From contig JBGANV010000006.1 in NCBI GenBank assembly GCA_044222185.1, positions 160,001 to 224,000 on the forward strand: a stretch of DNA of 64,000 nt, written 5' to 3'. The position numbers and the translations under genes were made by a program. A model generated the notes under the pieces. It was not told the origin of the DNA and ran no database searches. It saw only the letters and a program-made list of their open reading frames with translations. How positions within the stretch are numbered: the first letter of the stretch is position 1; each line of letters opens with the position of its first letter. The stretch is from Planctomycetota bacterium (GTDB lineage: Bacteria > Planctomycetota > GCA-002687715 > CAIWVZ01). This document shows positions 1 through 6,974 of this stretch, one piece after another.

Positions 1-1
1 C

Positions 2-307
2 GAGCTCGCCGCCGAGCACTTCGGTCGCGACGAGCGAGGGCAGAAGCGCGTTCGCGAGTTCCTCTCCTGGCACGTGGGGTTCTGGTGCCGGCACGTTCCG
101 CGGCGGCCCGACGGAACCTACCCGGCGATGCAGGAGCGCGAAGAGCACTTCGAGCCGCGTTCGGAGCTCGAGGGCCTCCTCAGCCGCAACGACCCCGCCG
201 CCTGCGAGTGGGTGACGACGCTGATCATCGACGGCATCGAGAAGGCCGGCCCGCCGCCGCCTCCGCCGTCCGGTGAGTCCGAGCGAGAGTTGATCCCCGA
301 AGGTTGA
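2..307 (+). CDS. C-terminal part of a tRNA-dihydrouridine synthase family protein, Dus3-like (5' truncated by window)
   Basis: Frame open from position 2: ELAAEHFGRDERGQKRVREFLSWHVGFWCRHVP...ERE..F.PRSELEGLL. This resembles the Dus3/DUS3L C-terminal pattern EHWG.D..G....R.FL..W..F..RY.P...ER....R..LE.L as recalled. Only the end of the gene is visible. Confidence 0.6.
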   Translation, partial: ELAAEHFGRDERGQKRVREFLSWHVGFWCRHVPRRPDGTYPAMQEREEHFEPRSELEGLLSRNDPAACEWVTTLIIDGIEKAGPPPPPPSGESERELIPEG

Positions 308-800
308 TCGGAGCGCCAAGCTCCGCTTGGCCGGACCGGCAAGGCTCCCGCCTTGCCGTGAACGTCGACGACCACCCGCTCGCCCCGATCCGTGTCACCT
401 CCCCCGATCAACGCAGTCCGCCAACCCGCGGCAGGGCAGGAGCCCTGCCAACCGGCCGCGTGGAACGCGGCGTTCCGCCTTGCGACGGTCGACGTGCGCC
501 CGCTCACCCCGCTGCGTGTCGCCACGAGCGTCGGAGCGCCAAGCTCCGCTTGGCCGGACCGGCAAGGCTCCCGCCTTGCCGTGAACGTCGACGACCACTC
601 GCTCGCCCCGATCCGTGTCACCTCCCCCGATCAACGCAATCCGCCAACCCGCGGCAGGGCAGGAGCCCTGCCAACCGGCCGCGTGGAACGCGGCGTTCCG
701 CCGTGCGACGGCCGACGTGCGTCCGCTCACCCCGACGCGTGTCACCTCCACCGAACGATGCAACCCGCCAACCCCGCGGCAGGGCTCGCGCCCTGCCGAA
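308..800. repeat. Tandem 223-bp repeat (2 copies plus a degenerate part) of inverted REP-like palindromes (BIME-like)
   Basis: tcggagcgccaagctccgcttggccggaccggcaaggctcccgccttgccg starts at 308 and 531. Each unit also has the inverted relative cggcagggcaggagccctgccaaccggccgcgtggaacgcggcgttccg. A partial hairpin cggcagggctcgcgccctgccg lies near 777-798. Confidence 0.85.
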
Positions 801-847
801 CCGCGCGCGCTGCGCTTTCTCGCGGGCCGTGGCACACTGGCGACATC

Positions 848-1678
848 ATGCCGCCAACACTTCGGCTGTCGTGCGCCCAGTGCGAGGTCGACCTCCTGGA
901 CGTTCCGCGCAACGTCGAGCGCGCCGTCGCGATCATCCGGGAGGAGGCCGCGCGGGGCGCGCAACTCGTCGTCTTCCCCGAGTTGTCGCTGACGGGCTAC
1001 GTCATGGAGACGAGGGACGACGCCGCGCGCGTCGCGCAGCCGGTGCCGGGTCCCGCGACCGCATCGATCGCCGCCGTCTGCCGCGAGACCGGCGTGTGGG
1101 CCGTCGTGGGGCTGATCGAGCGCGGCCCCGACGGCCGCCTCTTCAACGCGTCGGTCTTCATCGCCCCGGACGGCGTGCGGGCCACGTACCGCAAGACGCA
1201 TCTGCCGAAGATGGGGATCGACCGGTTCCTCGATCGCGGCGACGCGCTGCTGGACCCCATCGAGATCCACGGCGTGCGCGTCTCGTGCCTCATCTGCTAC
1301 GACGGCACGTTCCCCGAGCCGACGCGCGTCCTGGCGCTCCGCGGCGCGGACCTGGTGCTCTTGCCGACGAACTGGCCCGACGACGAGTGCGCCAAGGGAC
1401 ACTTCATGCCGGCGACGCGCGCACTGGAGAACGTGATCTGGTTCGCCGCAACCAATAGGGTGCGCACCGAGCGCGAGATCGAGTTCCGAGGTCAATCCTC
1501 GATCTGCGACCCCGGTGGGAAGGTCGTCGCCAAGGCCGGCGACGGGCCGTGCGTCATCCGCGCCGAAGTCGATGCGGCCGTCTCTCGGGCCAAGGTCCGC
1601 TCGACTCGCGACGGCGCCTTGTCCGTCGACCGCATGGGCGATCGGCGTCCCGACCTTTATCGCCTGATCACCGCGTAG
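848..1678 (+). CDS. Carbon-nitrogen hydrolase (nitrilase/amidase family)
   Basis: E-K-C triad motifs FPEL, YRKTHL, LICYD and the RP.LY C-terminus. Start set at ATG 848; the ORF extension from 392 is read-through of the repeat. Confidence 0.9.
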   Translation: MPPTLRLSCAQCEVDLLDVPRNVERAVAIIREEAARGAQLVVFPELSLTGYVMETRDDAARVAQPVPGPATASIAAVCRETGVWAVVGLIERGPDGRLFNASVFIAPDGVRATYRKTHLPKMGIDRFLDRGDALLDPIEIHGVRVSCLICYDGTFPEPTRVLALRGADLVLLPTNWPDDECAKGHFMPATRALENVIWFAATNRVRTEREIEFRGQSSICDPGGKVVAKAGDGPCVIRAEVDAAVSRAKVRSTRDGALSVDRMGDRRPDLYRLITA

Positions 1679-1690
1679 CGGCGGGGCGCG

Positions 1691-2410
1691 TCACACCGCG
1701 CGCTCCCACGCGCCGCTTTCCGAGAGCAGCTCGTGGGGGCGGAACTTCGTCTTGTAGGCCATGCGCGTGGAACCGGGCACGAAGTAACCGAGGTGCACCC
1801 AGCGGAATTCCAGCGTCCGCGCCAGGAATATCGACCAAAGGATGAACGCCGTGCCGAGCGAGCGGTCACGCAGCTCAGGGTCATATGCCGAGTAGACGAG
1901 AGAGAGCAGGTCGCTGCCCACGTCGACGATGCCGACGACGACGAGGCGTCCCTCGTGCCGTGCCGTGATCTCGATGCTCTCCACCGGCGAACGGTACAGT
2001 CCCTCCTCCAACTCGACGGGGTCGCTGCTCATCTGCCCGTCGTGGCGCGCCTCGAGGTACTTCTTGAACAGATCCGCGCGCTCGGCGTCGAAGTGCGGAG
2101 CGCCCATCATCACGTCGAGGTCGCGATTGCGCTCGAGCGCGCGCCGTTGGGCGCGATCGGGACGGAACTCGTTCACGGGGATTCGCAGCGAGCGACACGC
2201 GTTGCACCCGTCGCAATCGGTGCGATAGACGAATAGACCCGATCGGCGAAACCCGTGGTCGAGCAGCGAGGAGAATCCGTTGTCACCGGGCGGGAGGCGC
2301 GTCGCGTATGCGAAGCGCGCGCTCTTCCCGGGCAGGTACGGGCACGGGTGGGGCGGCCCCAGGACTACGGGGGCCGGGTCGCCGGGACCTTGTTGCGGAT
2401 GCTCAGACAC
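1691..2410 (-). CDS. bpt: Arginyl-tRNA-protein transferase family protein / Asp-Glu leucyltransferase (Ate/Bpt)
   Basis: HPCPYLPG, GFRRSG..YR..C..C..C..LR, YDP...RSLG, HLGY....RMAYK..F.P.E motifs. Confidence 0.88.
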   Translation of the reverse strand: MSEHPQQGPGDPAPVVLGPPHPCPYLPGKSARFAYATRLPPGDNGFSSLLDHGFRRSGLFVYRTDCDGCNACRSLRIPVNEFRPDRAQRRALERNRDLDVMMGAPHFDAERADLFKKYLEARHDGQMSSDPVELEEGLYRSPVESIEITARHEGRLVVVGIVDVGSDLLSLVYSAYDPELRDRSLGTAFILWSIFLARTLEFRWVHLGYFVPGSTRMAYKTKFRPHELLSESGAWERAV

Positions 2411-3377
2411 CCGATCGACTCCCCGCGAGTGTTTCGAGTTGCGTGTGATCGACGTTCGATCCCGTGAACACGACGACGGTGCCGAGGTCAGGGGTGACGA
2501 GTCCGTCGAGAATCGCCGCGAGCGTCACCGCGGCCGAACCCTCGAGCGCCACGCCGAGCGTTCGCCATGCGATGCCCATCGCTTCCGCGATGGCCGCTTC
2601 GCCGACCTCGTGGATGACGGGCACGTGAACGCGGCACGCTTCGAATGTGGACGCCGCGACGCCACCCTCCAATCCTTCGGCGAGCGTGGGCGCCGGAGGC
2701 CACGTCAGGTGAGGGAATCCGTCACGAAGCGACCGCGCCATGGCGGGGGACGCGGTCGACTGCGCTCCGACGATCTCCACGAGAGGGTGCGACGCGTGGA
2801 TGGTCAGCGCCATCCCGGTCGCGAGACCACCCCCGCCAACCGGGATCAGGACGCGCTCGACGTGCGGCAGTTGCGCGAGGATCTCGAGTCCGAGGGTCCC
2901 TCCGTTGCCCGCCTGTACGAGGGGGTCGTCGAACGCCGACACGAAGATCGCGTTGCGCTCGTCCGCCAGTCGCTTCGCCCGGACCTCGGCCGCGTCGTAG
3001 CCGGCCTGGTCGTGGATGATCAATTCGGCGCCGAGCTTTCGGATCCCCTCGCACTTCACGTTTGGCGTATCGCGGGGCACGACGACCGTCGCAACGATTC
3101 CGAGCTGTGCCGCGGCCCAGGCCACGCCCTTGCCGTGGTTGCCGTGCGACGCCGTGATGACGCCGGCCCGCGACTGATAGCGCTCGATGTACGCCAGCCT
3201 GGTCAGTGCTCCGCGGACCTTGAACGACCCCGTCGTCTGCAGATCGTCGCGTTTGACCCAGAACTCGTGGCCGCAGAGCGAGACTCGCTGGACCGGCGTT
3301 TGGGGGAGGGCCTCCAGCAGATTCGGGTGAAACTGCCGGGCGACGGCATCGATGGAAACCGAGGGTTCGGCGGTCAT
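2403..3377 (-). CDS. PLP-dependent threonine/serine dehydratase family protein
   Basis: LQTTGSFKVRGA (PLP lysine), ASHGNHG, PVGGGGL, TLAEG, TGSN. No ACT domain. Start ATG 3377 chosen. Confidence 0.88.
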   Translation of the reverse strand: MTAEPSVSIDAVARQFHPNLLEALPQTPVQRVSLCGHEFWVKRDDLQTTGSFKVRGALTRLAYIERYQSRAGVITASHGNHGKGVAWAAAQLGIVATVVVPRDTPNVKCEGIRKLGAELIIHDQAGYDAAEVRAKRLADERNAIFVSAFDDPLVQAGNGGTLGLEILAQLPHVERVLIPVGGGGLATGMALTIHASHPLVEIVGAQSTASPAMARSLRDGFPHLTWPPAPTLAEGLEGGVAASTFEACRVHVPVIHEVGEAAIAEAMGIAWRTLGVALEGSAAVTLAAILDGLVTPDLGTVVVFTGSNVDHTQLETLAGSRSGV

Positions 3378-3629
3378 GATCGGTCTCGCACATCCCCCGC
3401 GCGGCGAGGGCGGCGATGGTACCACGGCTCGAATCGGCCCGGATTTGCCCGGCTCGGGGGCCTTCGCGGCGCCCTCGAGCACCGCAGAGGCGCGCCTCGG
3501 GTCATCTTTCGTCGGTCATAACTATCGTACAGCAGCCAGATTAGGCTCCGAATCTCCGGCGCCGCCCACGTTCGCGTGAGCAAAAAAAATCGAGCGTGAA
3601 GTTTTCCTTCATGGCTGGGTTCAGGCGAG

Positions 3630-3852
3630 CCGATCAGTGGTCCAGCGACGGCCGCCTCGGCGTCCGGCGCGAAGAGAAGGGAACGGGCCGGTGGTTCTTG
3701 GTGATGCAGACACCGAGGGCCGCAAACCGGTCGACCTCGCGGGCGACACACCCGCGTGGTCATGGGGAAAACGACTCCGACGCAACGCTTCATCGAGTCG
3801 CGAACAACTCGTCAGTGTCAAGGAGAGGTCTCCCAGGACCTCTCCTTTTTTT
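3630..3852 (+). ncRNA. Candidate structured small RNA, family unknown
   Basis: Three consecutive hairpins (3686-3732, 3733-3761, 3772-3800), the first with several G-U pairs valid only on +, followed by a plus-strand terminator. No credible plus-strand CDS upstream. The 5' end is a guess. Confidence 0.4.
3820..3852 (+). terminator. Rho-independent terminator, plus-strand oriented
   Basis: aaggagaggtc-tcccag-gacctctcctt followed by a T run to 3852. Confidence 0.8.
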
Positions 3853-3921
3853 GTTCGGGCCGCGACGGCGCCCGTCGCACGCGGTCTCGGCGCTCGACGG
3901 GAGTCCACGCGCCTCCGCCCA

Positions 3922-6144
3922 TCACAGCTCGTCCGCCCCCATGTCGTTGTACAGCGCCGGTGGCGCACCATTGACATAGGGGCGCGCCTGAAGGTCGAAG
4001 TCGTCGACGATGTGTCCGATCGGGGGGTGGGCTCCGACGAGATTCACGCACGGCGATGTCGCGAGGATGTGGAGATCTCCCACGGACGCGTTCGCGAATA
4101 GCGGGTCGGCATTGATGTTGCCCGACGAGCCGAAGTAGCTCGCGTTGCAGTTGTAGAGGATCGACGTCGTGAAGTTCACGTCCACGATGTCGGCGGCAGG
4201 GTTCCCGCCAGCGTTGAACTTCGAGATGTTCCCGAACGCCACCGTGCCGACCCACGGCGGCATGTACCAGATCGTGTATTGGATCACGTCGCGCATCACG
4301 ATGCCCGCCACCGTCTGACCCACGATGCTGTTGTGGATGATGCCGGTGTTGCTTCGCACGTCCGGCAGGACCTCGTTCAGGAAGAGCGTTCGGCTTCGCG
4401 TGTGTTCGTTGATCCCGATCTGCTGGGATTCGAGCGTCGCCGTCGCGTTGTAGATGAAGTTGTTCCAGGCAAACGGCTGGGCGATCACCACGTCGTTTGC
4501 GAGATCGTCGGTTGGACTGAAGACGCGGGTGCGCGCCGGGCCCGTGGGCGGGAATCCCGTGACGTAGAGGTTGACCGTCGACATGGACGTGAAGTCCACG
4601 CCATTCACCGCGTTGCCGTGGATGCGGTTGCCCTTCACGCCCGGGTTGCCGCTGCCGTCGACGAGGCGTGCCGTGACGCCGTGACGGCCGTTCACGAAGA
4701 TCTCCGACTCCTGCACCGAGGAGTTGTTCCGAGTTTCGCGCATCGCTCCGGCGAAGTACCCGTTGTTCGAGAGCGGGAGGTACCAGTCGGACGAGACATA
4801 CACGCCGTCACGGGCGTTCGCCGTGATTCCCACGTTGGGATGTCCTGCGCTCGTGCCGCTCGCGTCGCACGAGTTCACACGCATGGCGAGCTGCCCGAAG
4901 TCGTACGTCCGTAGCGACACGCCGTGGCCGTCTTCCGGATAGATCGAGAACAGCGGTGCGAGCGTTCCGTTCGTCACGTACGAGCAATCGGTGATGACGG
5001 GGAAGAGGAAGTGCGGACTCATGGCTCCGTAGAAGGGGTTCAGGAGGAACTGACTCCAATACCCGTACTCGAACCACTGCTCGAACCAGAACTCGCCCGG
5101 GAGGAGCCCCAGGTGCGGCATGCCCTGTTCACCCGCGAACATCATCGTGCCGTCGAAGCCGCACTTCTCGAACCAGCACTGCTGGATCGTGAACGTGGCG
5201 TCCGTCATGCGCCCGAGCACGTCGACGTAGACCCCGTACAGCATGCCGTTCCGGCCGGGAAGCGACGTGTCCGCATTCCCCAGGAATTCGTTCTCGAGGA
5301 TGAGCGGCTGCAGCGTTCCCGTCTGGAAGATCTCCATGTAGATGCCCGCATCCGTGAAGACCGGCGAGCCCGTGATCACGTTGGTCGTGTCGCTGCTGAA
5401 TTTGCAGGTGTCGACTTGACCGGTGATCGCGCCGCCGCTGGCGATGTAGTAGCGGATGTGGTCTGCGAGGTTCGTGATCCCGCCGGCCCTCCCGCCACCG
5501 ATCCAGGTGGGCTGTGGGACGTTGGCGAATCGGCAGTCCGTCGTGAGCGCGTCGATCGTCGTCACCGGGCTCAGCGGGCTGAACGTCATGCCGACGGTCG
5601 TCTGGTTGAATCCGATCTGGCGGAACGTGGCCCCGACGGTTCCCGACGTGGTCGGGAACCATTCGATGCCCGTCGCGAAGGCCACGATCTTGATGCCCTT
5701 CAGCGTCGTGTTGCTCCGCGTGTGTGAGTCCGTGGGGTTCATGCGAAACGCCGTCGCATTCGTTCCGGCGGCAGCGCCGCTGAACACGGCCGGAGCCCGG
5801 CGCCCGAACGGATCCAGATCCGAGTTGGCGACGTCCCAGAAGATGTTCACGTTTCGGGGGATGACGATGGCGCCGGCCGTGCTCCAGTTCTCGACGGAGT
5901 CGCCGTGAACCACGACCTGGTTGATCGGTCCCAGGCGCCCGCGGATCGCGATGTCCTGGAGGGCATTCGGGCTGACGAGGTTGTGGAAGGCGATGGCCGA
6001 CCGCAGCGTGTTGAACGTCGTGCCGGATGGCGTGGCGAGGACGTCGACGGTCAACCGTGGCGGAGACTGGGCGGGAGCCTGGGTGAAGCACAACGAGAGG
6101 ACGAGTGCGCTCGCATGGAGCGCGGTGGCGAACGACCGTTTCAT
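3922..6144 (-). CDS. Secreted right-handed beta-helix (pectin lyase-like) protein with choice-of-anchor Q-like C-terminus
   Basis: Signal peptide (...QAPA|Q), beta-helix repeats (N..HGV, N.I..N), terminal NINADPLF...DLH....SPC.....D....R....DMGADE. Start MKRSF at 6144. Confidence 0.75.
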   Translation of the reverse strand: MKRSFATALHASALVLSLCFTQAPAQSPPRLTVDVLATPSGTTFNTLRSAIAFHNLVSPNALQDIAIRGRLGPINQVVVHGDSVENWSTAGAIVIPRNVNIFWDVANSDLDPFGRRAPAVFSGAAAGTNATAFRMNPTDSHTRSNTTLKGIKIVAFATGIEWFPTTSGTVGATFRQIGFNQTTVGMTFSPLSPVTTIDALTTDCRFANVPQPTWIGGGRAGGITNLADHIRYYIASGGAITGQVDTCKFSSDTTNVITGSPVFTDAGIYMEIFQTGTLQPLILENEFLGNADTSLPGRNGMLYGVYVDVLGRMTDATFTIQQCWFEKCGFDGTMMFAGEQGMPHLGLLPGEFWFEQWFEYGYWSQFLLNPFYGAMSPHFLFPVITDCSYVTNGTLAPLFSIYPEDGHGVSLRTYDFGQLAMRVNSCDASGTSAGHPNVGITANARDGVYVSSDWYLPLSNNGYFAGAMRETRNNSSVQESEIFVNGRHGVTARLVDGSGNPGVKGNRIHGNAVNGVDFTSMSTVNLYVTGFPPTGPARTRVFSPTDDLANDVVIAQPFAWNNFIYNATATLESQQIGINEHTRSRTLFLNEVLPDVRSNTGIIHNSIVGQTVAGIVMRDVIQYTIWYMPPWVGTVAFGNISKFNAGGNPAADIVDVNFTTSILYNCNASYFGSSGNINADPLFANASVGDLHILATSPCVNLVGAHPPIGHIVDDFDLQARPYVNGAPPALYNDMGADEL

Positions 6145-6313
6145 GGATAGGCACCTCCGGGCGGGTTTCCAGGGGATCACCATCGACGGGGAGTCGATGG
6201 ATCGACCGGTGCGCCCGCGGTGGGTGCGCCGCCCGATGGCGCCTACTTGGGTGGAACTCCTCGCGGATCGGACAGCAATCCGAACGCGGTCGTGTCCGGG
6301 AGGGCCTGAGACC

Positions 6314-6895
6314 TCACTCCACGAAGAGCGGCGGCGGCCCGAGCTTCGTCACGCGCGTAATGAGCCGCTGCCATCGCTTCTCGCATGCATCGGCGCTGAT
6401 GCCGAGGAGGTGCGCGGCCTCCGTGTGCGAGAGCCCTTCCAGCCCTCGATAGATGAGGAGCCGGCGGTCGTCCTCCTCGAGCACGCCAAGCTGGACGATG
6501 AACGCCGCCAGGTTCTCGTCGCGTGCGACGCGGCGGCTGACGCTGGTCACGTCGGCGGGAATCTCGGCGACGCGATCCCGGCTGGAGTCGTCCGGTCGCG
6601 CGGCACGCCGGCCACGGCGGGTCGCGTCCGCGAGGATCTCCTTCAGCACGAAGTTCGCCACGCCGAAGAGCCAGCGGCGGAAACTGCCCCGCGCCGGGTC
6701 GAACGCGGAGAACTTCCGGTACGCCCGGAAGCAGACCTCCTGCACCAGGTCCTCGGGTTCGAGCACGCCCTGGAGCGAACGTCGCACGCGGAGCACTGCC
6801 CACAGGTGGAGCGCGGGGGCGACGTCCTCGAAGAGTGCGCCGAACTTCGATGAGTCCAGGGACTGGGCGTCGGAGGACGACGGGGCGGAGGACAT
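6314..6895 (-). CDS. ECF RNA polymerase sigma factor, kinase-associated type
   Basis: EDLVQEV, SFRRWLFGVA (sigma2); L.EDDR.LL.YR.LEGLSHTEAA.LLG (sigma4). Confidence 0.9.
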   Translation of the reverse strand: MSSAPSSSDAQSLDSSKFGALFEDVAPALHLWAVLRVRRSLQGVLEPEDLVQEVCFRAYRKFSAFDPARGSFRRWLFGVANFVLKEILADATRRGRRAARPDDSSRDRVAEIPADVTSVSRRVARDENLAAFIVQLGVLEEDDRRLLIYRGLEGLSHTEAAHLLGISADACEKRWQRLITRVTKLGPPPLFVE

Positions 6896-6974
6896 CGCGG
6901 GAGTCTATCAGGCGGTTTCGAGCGGAGGGCTGTCCGAATCGCACGCCGACCTCCCAAGTATGCTCACGAGCGTC

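Noticed and set aside
308-800. Repeats considered as a CRISPR array (also 26524-26793)
   Set aside because: Units are 80-223 bp, only two copies, no series of unique spacers and no cas genes.
392-847. N-terminal extension of the nitrilase ORF and ORFs 304-1458 and 327-584
   Set aside because: They are translations of the palindromic repeat; nitrilase homology starts at 848.
3591-3623. GTGAA...GTTCA-like motif also near 36509, 43459 and 56486 as a shared ECF promoter
   Set aside because: Spacing is inconsistent and the motif is too short to support by eye.
3715-3775. gcaaacc as a possible c-di-GMP-I riboswitch
   Set aside because: The GNRA/receptor arrangement is not present and there is no downstream plus-strand gene.
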